A stretch of 64,000 nt of DNA, taken from positions 223,591 through 287,590 of the forward strand of contig JAEUVF010000010.1 in NCBI GenBank assembly GCA_016787265.1. The letters are read 5' to 3'. Source of the stretch: Flavipsychrobacter sp. (GTDB lineage Bacteria > Bacteroidota > Bacteroidia > Chitinophagales > Chitinophagaceae). A program made the position numbers and the translations under genes. The notes below the pieces were generated by a model, which was not told the DNA's origin, did not search any database, and was given only the letters and a program-made list of their open reading frames with translations. Within the stretch, counting starts at the first letter, position 1; every line of letters begins with the position of its first letter. This document shows, piece by piece, positions 9,448 through 17,811 of this stretch.

Positions 9448-10491
9448 ATGAGTACAATTGAAGCGGCCCCGGCAGCAGCACCGGGATTAACACCCAAGGA
9501 TTTTGCAACGGATCAGGAAGTACGCTGGTGCCCCGGATGCGGGGATTATTCCATCCTGGCCCAGGTGCAGAAAGTGATGCCTGGTATCGGTGTACCAAGA
9601 GAAAATATCGTTATAATTTCCGGTATTGGATGCAGCAGCCGTTTCCCGTATTATATGAATACGTATGGAATGCATTCCATTCATGGAAGGGCGACAGCCA
9701 TCGCAAGCGGGCTGAAAGCCACCCGTCCGGAATTAAGTATCTGGATTGTTACGGGAGATGGTGATGGACTGAGTATCGGGGGTAATCATACCATTCATTT
9801 GCTTCGCCGCAATTTTGACGTCAATATCCTGCTCTTCAATAACCAGATTTATGGTTTAACCAAGGGGCAATATTCACCCACTTCAGAGGAGCATAAAGTC
9901 ACCAAGAGTACACCATTTGGATCAATCGATCATCCCTTTAATCCATTGGCCCTGGCCATGGGTGCTGATGCGAGTTTTATTGCCAGGAGTATGGATCGGG
10001 ACCCGAAGCATTTACAGGAAATGCTGGTCCGTAGTCATGGCCATAAAGGTGCATCCTTCCTGGAGATTTACCAGAACTGTAATATTTTCAACGACGGTGC
10101 ATTTGAAATCTTTACGGAGAAATCATCCAAACCGGAGCAAGCGCTCTTCCTGGAACAGGGAAAACCGCTTTTATATGGAGCTAATAAAGACAAGGGAATA
10201 CGGCTGGATGGATTAAGACCTGTACTGGTGGATCTGAACGATGGTTTTAGTGCAGATGACTGCTGGATTCATGACGAAAGGGATTTTTACAAAGCTCAAA
10301 TTCTCGTACGTCTCTTTGATGATCCGCGTTTAGAAGGGCATATGCCAAGGCCCTTCGGTGTTTTTTATGAAACGGACCGGGCTTGTTATGAAGATATCAT
10401 GGCAATGCAGATTGAAGAAGCAATTTCGCTTAAGGGTAACGGTGATCTCGACCGTCTGCTGCGTGGCTCCGAAGTCTGGACCATACAATAG
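9448..10491 (+). CDS. korB: 2-oxoacid:ferredoxin oxidoreductase beta subunit
   Basis: WCPGCGDYSIL Cys motif and the TPP-binding GDGDGLSIGGNH. Length 347 aa. Confidence 0.85.
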   Translation: MSTIEAAPAAAPGLTPKDFATDQEVRWCPGCGDYSILAQVQKVMPGIGVPRENIVIISGIGCSSRFPYYMNTYGMHSIHGRATAIASGLKATRPELSIWIVTGDGDGLSIGGNHTIHLLRRNFDVNILLFNNQIYGLTKGQYSPTSEEHKVTKSTPFGSIDHPFNPLALAMGADASFIARSMDRDPKHLQEMLVRSHGHKGASFLEIYQNCNIFNDGAFEIFTEKSSKPEQALFLEQGKPLLYGANKDKGIRLDGLRPVLVDLNDGFSADDCWIHDERDFYKAQILVRLFDDPRLEGHMPRPFGVFYETDRACYEDIMAMQIEEAISLKGNGDLDRLLRGSEVWTIQ

Positions 10492-10607
10492 TCAGCGCTT
10501 TACATAGTATAAAAAATAAGCCAGCGATGGAAATCGCCGGCCTGTGCTTACCTCTGAAACCACAAAAAGAAAGAGGTTATATATGGGTTTTCAATAATCT
10601 CAGTTGA

Positions 10608-10627
10608 TATGCAAACCGGTTTGCATA
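10608..10627. promoter_or_regulatory. Perfect 20-bp palindrome, LacI/PurR-type operator-like
   Basis: TATGCAAACCGGTTTGCATA. The core TGCAAACCGGTTTGCA resembles the TGnAAnCGnTTnCA class. It lies inside a 530-bp non-coding gap. Confidence 0.35.
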
Positions 10628-11021
10628 CAGTAAATAAAAAGGGGTAATTGATCAGATGGCTTTGTCAGGATAAGGCAAGCTTCGTACTGCTAAAAGGAAA
10701 AGGTAGGGATTGGAATCGCAGGAATTGGATAAATGTTAAAATGTCTAAAAAACTGGTTAAAATTAAAGCCTGAAGCAATACAACACAAAAATTAGTCTAA
10801 AAATTCCGCTATTTTTTTCTTTTTGTATTCCTACCACCAGTCAGGCACTGTTTTTTCATCCATGTATCAATATTTCTCATGCCGAAGCGATTCCCGGCGT
10901 TTACCTTCCAGGGACTGTTGCCAAGGCCGGAGGCTCATCGTGATTCCAATTTCCTGGTATTCTACAGGATGCCAAAAACCCACCGGCATGAAGAGTCTGG
11001 CCTTTCTTCTTAACTTAGAAT

Positions 11022-11636
11022 ATGCTAATTCATGTACATCCGGAAAATCCGCAACCGCGGGCGATCCGGACGATTGTTGAAACTCTACGTGAGGGTGGGA
11101 TTATCATTTATCCAACAGATACGATTTATGGTATTGGATGTGATATTTTCCAACCCAAAGCGATTGAACAAATCTGCCGGATCAAACAGGTGGATCCTGC
11201 CAAGGCACAACTATCCTTTATTTGTTATGACCTGAGTGACCTGAGCCAGTATACCAAATCTATCTCTACTCCATTGTATCGTTTGCTGAAAAGCCATTTG
11301 CCTGGTCCATATACATTTATCCTTCCGGCAAGTAAAGAGGTCCCCAAAATATTAAAAAGCCGGAAAGATACCATTGGACTGCGGGTACCTGGTAATAACA
11401 TAGCCCGCACGATCGTTCGGGAGTTGGGGCATCCCATTTTGAGTGCTTCTCTTCCAGGGGAAATGGTAGAGGAATATACCGATCCGGAAATGATGCAGGC
11501 CAACTTTGGAAAACTGGTAAGCCTGGTAGTTGATGGGGGCATTGGTGGTTGGACTCCCTCCACGATAATTGATTGTACACAGGATCCGCCGGAACTGGTA
11601 CGCCAGGGTGCCGGAGAGTGGTCCGAAACAGATTAA
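11022..11636 (+). CDS. tsaC: L-threonylcarbamoyladenylate synthase (YrdC/Sua5 family)
   Basis: IIIYPTDTIYGIGCD and GLRVPGNNIAR motifs. Length 204 aa. Confidence 0.85.
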   Translation: MLIHVHPENPQPRAIRTIVETLREGGIIIYPTDTIYGIGCDIFQPKAIEQICRIKQVDPAKAQLSFICYDLSDLSQYTKSISTPLYRLLKSHLPGPYTFILPASKEVPKILKSRKDTIGLRVPGNNIARTIVRELGHPILSASLPGEMVEEYTDPEMMQANFGKLVSLVVDGGIGGWTPSTIIDCTQDPPELVRQGAGEWSETD

Positions 11637-12233
11637 TCAGAAAAGGGATGGGCTGGCAGCATTGATCTGAAAACTCTTCCTGTGAAATTCACATAATCCG
11701 TGTTGCAGGATCGCGTCCCGGTGAACTTTTGTACCGTAACCTTTATTTTGGTGCCATCCGTACTGCGGATAAGACTGATGCAGTAGCTTCATATGATCAT
11801 CGCGACAGGTTTTGGCAAGAATACTGGCAGCAGCAATGGAAGCATAAAGAGCATCTCCTTTGATGATACAACGGTGAGGGATACCCGAAAAAGAACGAAA
11901 ACGATTCCCGTCAATGAGTAATAATTCCGGCTTTGTATGCAGGCTTTGAATCGAGCTGTGCATGGCTTTCCAGGTAGCCTGCAGAATATTGATGCGATCG
12001 ATCTCTGCTTCTTCCACGGATGCAACCGCCCAGGCTATTGCGTTTTCCTGGATGAAGGCGCGTAATTCGTACCTGTCTTTTTCTTTCACCTGTTTGGAAT
12101 CGTTGAGTAGCGGATGGTAGAAATCAGCAGGGAGGATTACAGCTGCAGCGAATACGGGTCCGGCATAACAACCTCGGCCGGCTTCATCAATTCCGGCTTC
12201 CAGTAATTCTGTTTGGTAGGAGGTTTTAAGCAT
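11637..12233 (-). CDS. rnhB: Ribonuclease HII
   Basis: AGIDEAGRGCYAGPV and LNDSK motifs. Length 198 aa. Confidence 0.9.
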   Translation of the reverse strand: MLKTSYQTELLEAGIDEAGRGCYAGPVFAAAVILPADFYHPLLNDSKQVKEKDRYELRAFIQENAIAWAVASVEEAEIDRINILQATWKAMHSSIQSLHTKPELLLIDGNRFRSFSGIPHRCIIKGDALYASIAAASILAKTCRDDHMKLLHQSYPQYGWHQNKGYGTKVHRDAILQHGLCEFHRKSFQINAASPSLF

Positions 12234-12299
12234 TGTACAGGCTCAAAAATAGAAAGAATCTTTTGTCGTATTTTCATTGGTTTACAAAAACTCAGAAAT

Positions 12300-12935
12300 A
12301 TGTCAGTAACTGAAATCAGGGAGCATTTTCCAACTTTTGAAAAGGAATTGATCGACGATATAGAAGCAAAAAGTGAAATCCGCTCTTTTACCGCAGGGGA
12401 ACAATTGATGCGCACAGGGCAATATTTTAAAAGCACCATGCTTATTGTGGAGGGGCTTGTAAAAGTATACCGGGAGGATGACCAGGGGAATGAGTTTTTC
12501 ATGTATTACCTGCAGCCCGGACAGGCCTGTGCGCTGAGTATGGTATGTGCTGTGAAGCAGGAAACCAGCCAGATTATGGCTAAGGCGGTAAAAGATACCG
12601 AGGTGATCAGTATTCCGTTGGCGTATATGGACGAATGGATGGGCAAGTACAAATCCTGGTACCATTTTGTGCTGGAGACCTATCGTGCACGTTTTGAAGA
12701 ATTACTAGTTACAATTGATCATATCGCGTTCAGGGCGATGGACGAACGGCTGGAATTCTACCTGAAAAAACATGTCCAGACCCTGGGCTCCAATATCATT
12801 CCAATTAGTCACCAGGAGATTGCGGACGAGCTTAATTCATCCCGTGAAGTGATCTCCCGGTTGTTAAAGAAAATGGAACAATTGGGCAAGGTTAAGCTGC
12901 AACGAAACTCAATAGAAGTGATCCACCTGAGCTAG
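12300..12935 (+). CDS. Crp/Fnr-family transcriptional regulator
   Basis: cNMP-binding-like N-terminus and C-terminal HTH SHQEIADELNSSREVISRLLKKME. I chose the ATG at 12300 because the ORF-track start at 12213 overlaps rnhB. Confidence 0.8.
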   Translation: MSVTEIREHFPTFEKELIDDIEAKSEIRSFTAGEQLMRTGQYFKSTMLIVEGLVKVYREDDQGNEFFMYYLQPGQACALSMVCAVKQETSQIMAKAVKDTEVISIPLAYMDEWMGKYKSWYHFVLETYRARFEELLVTIDHIAFRAMDERLEFYLKKHVQTLGSNIIPISHQEIADELNSSREVISRLLKKMEQLGKVKLQRNSIEVIHLS

Positions 12936-12943
12936 TGGAACAA

Positions 12944-12959
12944 TGTGACAAAAGTCATA
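12944..12959. promoter_or_regulatory. CRP-like box TGTGAC-AAAA-GTCATA upstream of the sulfur operon
   Basis: Matches TGTGA-N6-TCACA at 9 of 10 core positions. It lies 57 nt upstream of the ATG at 13016 and directly downstream of the Crp/Fnr gene. Confidence 0.45.
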
Positions 12960-13015
12960 GACCAGGGCTTTATTTAGTATCAAATTTGTGTTCGTAACAG
13001 AGAAATGATAGCAAT

Positions 13016-14431
13016 ATGAAAATCGAACAAATATATACGGGATGTCTGGCACAGGGTGCCTATTATATTGAAAGTGCAGGAGAAGCAATGGTAATAGATC
13101 CGCTTCGCGAAGTGGAACCCTACCTGGAACGTGCCAAAGCAGATAGTGCCAGCATCAAATACGTTTTTGAAACTCATTTCCATGCTGATTTTGTAAGTGG
13201 TCATATCGATCTGGCCAAGAAAAGCGGAGCCACCATTGTATACGGACCGAATGCAAATCCCAGTTTTGATGCGTACATCGCAAAAGACGGGGAAGAGTTC
13301 AAAGTGGGTAAACTGACTATTAAAGTCATCCATACACCTGGTCACACTATGGAGAGTACCTGCTATCTTTTAAAAGATGCTCATGGAAAACATATCGGAT
13401 TGTTTTCAGGTGATACGCTATTTATTGGTGATGTGGGCAGACCTGATCTGGCGCAGAAAGCAGCAGACATGACACAGGAACAATTAGCCGAAACACTTTT
13501 TGATTCCCTGAGAAACAAGATCATGCCACTTGCAGATGATATTATCGTGTATCCGGCTCATGGTGCAGGCAGTGCCTGTGGAAAGAATATGAGTAAGGAA
13601 ACAACGGATACATTGGGTAATCAGAAGAAAACCAATTATGCGTTGAGGGCGGATATGACGAAGGAAGAATTTGTTAAGGAAGTAACAACCGGCCTGATGC
13701 CTCCTCCGGCATATTTCCCACTAAACGTGATGATGAATAAAGAGGGTTATGACAGCATTGATGAAGTGCTGGAGCGCGGACAACATGCCTTATCACCTGC
13801 AGCGTTTGAAGTTGCTGCGAATGAAACCGGTGCGTTGATATTGGATACACGTGATCCGCAGGTGTTTGCAAAAGGATTTGTACCGAACTCAATCAATATC
13901 GGGATTGACGGAAACTTTGCTCCCTGGGTTGGTGCCCTGATTCCGGATGTGAAACAGGCGATTCTCCTGGTTGCAGAACCCAATCGCGTAGAAGAAGTGG
14001 TAACGCGACTGGCCCGTGTGGGATATGATTATACAATTGGTTACCTGGAAGGTGGATTTGAAGCCTGGGAGAAAGAAGGTAAGGAAGTGGATCGTATTAA
14101 GTCCATTACTGCGGAAGAGCTGGCTGCGATTGCCGCAAAAGAGGAAGTGCATATCCTGGATGTGCGCAAAAACAGTGAGTACCTCAGTGAGCATGTTGAG
14201 AATGCGGAGAATGCACCACTGGATTATGTAAATGAGAGCATGCTCAAAGTAGATAAAAACAAAACCTATTATGTGCATTGCGCAGGAGGTTACCGCTCCA
14301 TGATCTTTAATTCCATTCTGCGTGCTAGAGGATATGATAATCTGATTGATGTAAAAGGTGGATTTAAAGCAATCAAAGAGAGTGAAAAGTTGAAGGTGAC
14401 GGATTATGTATGTCCGAGTACGTTACTGTGA
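13016..14431 (+). CDS. Persulfide dioxygenase (MBL fold)-rhodanese fusion protein
   Basis: MBL motif ETHFHADFVSGH. Two C-terminal rhodanese-like modules, the last with the active-site loop YVHCAGGYRS. Length 471 aa. Confidence 0.8.
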   Translation: MKIEQIYTGCLAQGAYYIESAGEAMVIDPLREVEPYLERAKADSASIKYVFETHFHADFVSGHIDLAKKSGATIVYGPNANPSFDAYIAKDGEEFKVGKLTIKVIHTPGHTMESTCYLLKDAHGKHIGLFSGDTLFIGDVGRPDLAQKAADMTQEQLAETLFDSLRNKIMPLADDIIVYPAHGAGSACGKNMSKETTDTLGNQKKTNYALRADMTKEEFVKEVTTGLMPPPAYFPLNVMMNKEGYDSIDEVLERGQHALSPAAFEVAANETGALILDTRDPQVFAKGFVPNSINIGIDGNFAPWVGALIPDVKQAILLVAEPNRVEEVVTRLARVGYDYTIGYLEGGFEAWEKEGKEVDRIKSITAEELAAIAAKEEVHILDVRKNSEYLSEHVENAENAPLDYVNESMLKVDKNKTYYVHCAGGYRSMIFNSILRARGYDNLIDVKGGFKAIKESEKLKVTDYVCPSTLL

Positions 14432-14487
14432 GAAGGTGAAAGGTGAAAGGTGAAAGGTGAAAAAAAGTGAAAAGTGAAAAGTGAAAG
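14432..14487 (+). repeat. C-free G/A tandem repeat: (GGTGAAA)x4 then (AGTGAAA)x3
   Basis: GAAGGTGAAAGGTGAAAGGTGAAAGGTGAAAAAAAGTGAAAAGTGAAAAGTGAAAG read directly. It fills the spacer between the PDO-rhodanese stop and the next ATG. Confidence 0.9.
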
Positions 14488-14503
14488 CTAAAAAAGAAAA
14501 ATT

Positions 14504-14809
14504 ATGATGAATATATTCAAATCGATGTTTGGTCCGGCTGAAGATTTTAAAGCCCTCAAAGAAGCAGGTGCAATTGTGCTGGATGTGAGAACTCCGGCTG
14601 AATTTCAATCCGGACATGTAAAGGGATCTGTAAACATTCCCCTGGACATCCTCAATAAGCAGTTGAATAGTCTGAAGAAAGAAGGTAAAGCAATCATTGC
14701 TGTTTGCCGGTCTGGAAACAGAAGTGCAATGGCGGTGTCTCAGTTAAAAGCGGCTGGTATTGAAGCGTATAATGGAGGGGCATGGAACAGCCTGCAGCGG
14801 AAGTTGTGA
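14504..14809 (+). CDS. Single-domain rhodanese sulfurtransferase
   Basis: 101 aa with the active-site loop VCRSGNRS. Confidence 0.85.
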   Translation: MMNIFKSMFGPAEDFKALKEAGAIVLDVRTPAEFQSGHVKGSVNIPLDILNKQLNSLKKEGKAIIAVCRSGNRSAMAVSQLKAAGIEAYNGGAWNSLQRKL

Positions 14810-14813
14810 GCAT

Positions 14814-14872
14814 GGAAGATGGAGGAAAGGAAGATGGAGGAAAGGAAGAGGGAGGAAAGGAAGATGGAGGAT
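14814..14872 (+). repeat. C-free G/A tandem repeat, 15-nt unit GGAGGAAAGGAAGAT, about 3.5 copies
   Basis: GGAAGAT GGAGGAAAGGAAGAT GGAGGAAAGGAAGAG GGAGGAAAGGAAGAT GGAGGAT read directly. It fills the spacer before the ATG at 14887. Confidence 0.9.
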
Positions 14873-14886
14873 AAAAAATAGTAAAA

Positions 14887-15138
14887 ATGGATAGAGTATT
14901 AAGGGGATGGAATTTCATGCGTTGGTTGAGATTAGGTATTGGGGTGTATGCACTGGTGGCTGCGGTGCAGCAACAGGAACTGATACTTGGCATTGCGGGA
15001 ATTTTTCTGACGGCAATGGCTGTGTTTGGATTCGGATGTTGTGCTGGCGGATATTGTGCACCCTCGCCCAGGAGAAATTCCCGGAATAACACAACCGGAA
15101 CTTCCATCCAATTTGAAGAAATAAAATCAGATAACTAA
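14887..15138 (+). CDS. Small two-helix membrane protein with GCCAGGYC motif
   Basis: 83-aa ORF in operon position. Hydrophobic segments LRLGIGVYALVAAV and ILGIAGIFLTAMAVFGFGCCAGGYC. I cannot assign a family. Confidence 0.5.
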   Translation: MDRVLRGWNFMRWLRLGIGVYALVAAVQQQELILGIAGIFLTAMAVFGFGCCAGGYCAPSPRRNSRNNTTGTSIQFEEIKSDN

Positions 15139-15143
15139 GTACC

Positions 15144-15437
15144 ATGAATAAATTTCAGGAACTGATCAATTCTGACAAACCCGTACTGGTTGACTTTTTT
15201 GCAGAGTGGTGCGGTCCTTGTAAAATGATGGCACCCATACTCAAAGATGTGAAAAACAAACTGGGTGATGCAGTTACGATTGTAAAAGTGGACGTAGATA
15301 AAAATCCGGATGCAGCCCGCCAGTTTAATATTCAGGGGGTGCCCACACTGATAGTTTTTCAGAAAGGTGAGGTCAAATGGCGCCAAAGCGGAGTTGTACA
15401 GGCACGTCAGATAGAACATGTATTAAACTCGGTATAA
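15144..15437 (+). CDS. trxA: Thioredoxin
   Basis: WCGPCK active site. Length 97 aa. Confidence 0.9.
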   Translation: MNKFQELINSDKPVLVDFFAEWCGPCKMMAPILKDVKNKLGDAVTIVKVDVDKNPDAARQFNIQGVPTLIVFQKGEVKWRQSGVVQARQIEHVLNSV

Positions 15438-15472
15438 AATAAATTCAAAATCGTAAACATTAATCGATCCAT

Positions 15473-16036
15473 ATGCTTGAATGGTTATCGCAGCCCTGGC
15501 CCTGGTATATAGCTGGTCCGCTGATTGGGCTGACAGTGCCTACACTGTTAATTTTAGGAAACAAAAGTTTTGGGATTTCATCATCCCTCCGGCACGTTTG
15601 TGCAGCATGTCTGCCTGCAAAAATTCCATTCTTTCAGTACAACTGGAAAAAGGAAGTATGGAACCTGTTTTTCGTGCTCGGGATATTTTTTGGCGGTGTG
15701 CTGGCAGCCTGGTTGTTGTCAAATCCTGACCCCATGGTAGTACATCCAAATCTCCAGGCTGAGATGGCCGGGTATGGAATTACTGACTACAGTGGGTTGG
15801 TACCAACAGAAATTTTTAACTGGCCTGCACTTCTTACTCCGCGAGGGTTTATTATGATGGTTGCCGGTGGTTTCCTGGTTGGATTTGGTACCCGTTATGC
15901 AGGAGGTTGTACTTCCGGTCATGCCATTATGGGTATAAGTAACCTTCAGATGCCTTCAGTGATTGCTACCTGTTGTTTTATGGTGGGTGGTTTTATCATG
16001 GCCAACCTGATCCTTCCCTTCATTTTATCACTTTAA
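15473..16036 (+). CDS. YeeE/YedE-family sulfur-compound transporter, N-terminal half-protein
   Basis: Polytopic, with the conserved RYAGGCTSGHAIMG motif. Length 187 aa. Confidence 0.75.
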   Translation: MLEWLSQPWPWYIAGPLIGLTVPTLLILGNKSFGISSSLRHVCAACLPAKIPFFQYNWKKEVWNLFFVLGIFFGGVLAAWLLSNPDPMVVHPNLQAEMAGYGITDYSGLVPTEIFNWPALLTPRGFIMMVAGGFLVGFGTRYAGGCTSGHAIMGISNLQMPSVIATCCFMVGGFIMANLILPFILSL

Positions 16037-16048
16037 GATTTATTGAAA

Positions 16049-16576
16049 ATGTCAACAACCAATACATTTGTTCAAAACCAGGAACCAAAAGTTCATGATA
16101 CGGATTTTGAAGTCCGTTCGCTCGACACCATGTGTGTCAGCGATACCGAATTTAAAGAGCCCTGGTATGGCAATCTGAAATACCTGCTGATAGGTGTGTT
16201 ATTCGGGATCGTTTTTGTAAAAGCTGAAATCATCAGCTGGTTCCGGATCCAGGAAATGTTCCGCCTGCAAAGTTTTCATATGTACGGCGTAATCGGATCT
16301 GCCATAGCAGTTGGTATGCTTTCTATCTTCCTGATTAAGAAATTCAATATTAAAACCATTCATGGCGAGAAAATTGAATTCCACGATAAGAAATTCAACA
16401 AAGGACAGATCTATGGTGGACTGCTCTTTGGTTTAGGTTGGGCGATCACAGGTGCCTGTCCTGGTCCGCTGTTTGCACAAATCGGAACCGGCGCAACAGC
16501 TGTGGTTGTTACCTTGCTGAGCGCTATTGCGGGAACCTGGGTGTATGGAAAGTTCAGAGAGAAGTTACCGCACTAG
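16049..16576 (+). CDS. YeeE/YedE-family transporter, second half-protein
   Basis: Polytopic, with GWAITGACPGP. I prefer the ATG at 16049 over the TTG at 16043. Confidence 0.7.
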   Translation: MSTTNTFVQNQEPKVHDTDFEVRSLDTMCVSDTEFKEPWYGNLKYLLIGVLFGIVFVKAEIISWFRIQEMFRLQSFHMYGVIGSAIAVGMLSIFLIKKFNIKTIHGEKIEFHDKKFNKGQIYGGLLFGLGWAITGACPGPLFAQIGTGATAVVVTLLSAIAGTWVYGKFREKLPH

Positions 16577-16626
16577 GAAGTGAAAGGTGAAAGGTGAGAA
16601 GTGAAAAATCGTGAAAGGTGAAAAAA
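16577..16626 (+). repeat. G/A-rich degenerate GTGAAAG-type tandem repeat after the last operon gene
   Basis: GAAGTGAAAGGTGAAAGGTGAGAAGTGAAAAATCGTGAAAGGTGAAAAAA. Same 7-mer family as 14432-14487. It fills the whole gap between two convergent stop codons. Confidence 0.85.
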
Positions 16627-17628
16627 TTAGAGGACCTGGAAGCCGTAGGCATAAGGGTCATCTTCGGGGTCAATAGTGATGGTATTGTATCCATACACTT
16701 TGGCCCATCCTTCAATACCTGGACGGATAGCCGGTTTACCGGCTATCATTGTTTCTTCTTCAATCGTTCCAATAAAAGTGGAGCCGATTATACTTTCATG
16801 AATAAATTGATCTCCTTTTTTCAATAAGCCTTTGGTATACCATTGCGCCATTCGTGCAGAAGTTCCGGTTCCACAAGGACTGCGATCAATGGCTTTATCT
16901 CCATAGAACACCGCATTTCGCGCCGTTGATGAGGGATTCAGTACTGCACCCGTCCAGAGAATATGTGAACAACCCCGGATGGTTGGATCATCCGGATGGA
17001 CGAATTCATATTGCTGGTTGATTCGTTTTCTCAACTCCCTTGCCCAGGCAATTAATTTATCCGCAGGATACTGTTCCAGTCCGGCAAAATTCTTCTGCAC
17101 ATCCACGATCGCATAAAAATTACCTCCATAAGAAACATCGATCACCAGTTCTCCGAGTTCCGGGCAGTCCACGGTTAATTCAGTTGCCGCGAGATACGCC
17201 GGAACATTGGTGAGCTTTACAGATTTTACTTTATAGCCTTCCTGCCTGTAGGAAATTTCCACCAATCCGGCTGGTGCTTCCATTCTGATACGTCCGGGAA
17301 TTTTGGGTGTAATCAATCCTTCTTCAATTGCAATGGTAATGGTACCAATCGTGCCATGTCCACACATGGGCAAACAGCCACTGGTTTCTATAAAAAGTAC
17401 TGCTACATCATTGGCAGCATCATGTGGCGCATATAAAATGGAGCCGCTCATCATATCATGCCCACGAGGCTCGAACATCAGGCCTTTCCGGATCCAGTCA
17501 AAGTTGTTCAGAAAATGCTGTCTCTTCTCACTCATGGTTTGGCCTTCCAGTGTTGGTCCGCCACCAGCTACCAGTCGCACCGGATTTCCACAGGTATGTG
17601 CATCGATACAGAAAAAAGTTTTCTTCAT
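16627..17628 (-). CDS. Proline racemase-family enzyme, predicted 4-hydroxyproline 2-epimerase
   Basis: IDAHTCGNPVRLV. Both catalytic Cys positions are present (LPMCGHGTIG and DRSPCGTGTSA), which is the Cys/Cys epimerase type rather than the Cys/Thr dehydratase type. Confidence 0.8.
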   Translation of the reverse strand: MKKTFFCIDAHTCGNPVRLVAGGGPTLEGQTMSEKRQHFLNNFDWIRKGLMFEPRGHDMMSGSILYAPHDAANDVAVLFIETSGCLPMCGHGTIGTITIAIEEGLITPKIPGRIRMEAPAGLVEISYRQEGYKVKSVKLTNVPAYLAATELTVDCPELGELVIDVSYGGNFYAIVDVQKNFAGLEQYPADKLIAWARELRKRINQQYEFVHPDDPTIRGCSHILWTGAVLNPSSTARNAVFYGDKAIDRSPCGTGTSARMAQWYTKGLLKKGDQFIHESIIGSTFIGTIEEETMIAGKPAIRPGIEGWAKVYGYNTITIDPEDDPYAYGFQVL

Positions 17629-17781
17629 ATAGAATCCTGAATATCCGAAATTACGGGTAGTTAAGCTAGTGCAATCACCTGTATTTAGTGAAAACTTTAC
17701 AGATTTTAGCCAATCCCTTTATTGGTTAAATTCTGAGAATGACAGGCTAAACCAGGTTTATCTCTTCCCTTCGATTTCCAC

Positions 17782-17789
17782 TATGTTTG
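17782..17789 (+). promoter_or_regulatory. Candidate -7 box (TAnnTTTG)
   Basis: TATGTTTG, 23 nt upstream of the ATG at 17812, in the divergent intergenic region. Confidence 0.35.
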
Positions 17790-17811
17790 ATCCAAACAGG
17801 CAGCGTTATAT

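Noticed and set aside
10823-11080. 85-aa ORF bridging the long gap and the tsaC start
   Set aside because: It uses a non-ATG start, has an odd Cys/Ser/Arg-rich composition and overlaps the well-supported tsaC start. It is probably not coding.
14432-14487. Possible CRISPR-like array, given the short regular repeats
   Set aside because: The units are 7 nt (or 15 nt) and directly abutting, with no unique spacers. No cas genes are in the window. This is a micro/minisatellite, not a CRISPR array.
14694-15107. 137-aa minus-strand ORF containing PPSSFPPSSFPPSSFPPSS
   Set aside because: The repeat peptide is just the reverse-complement translation of the G/A tandem repeat at 14814-14872. The ORF runs antisense to two well-supported genes (rhodanese and the small membrane protein).
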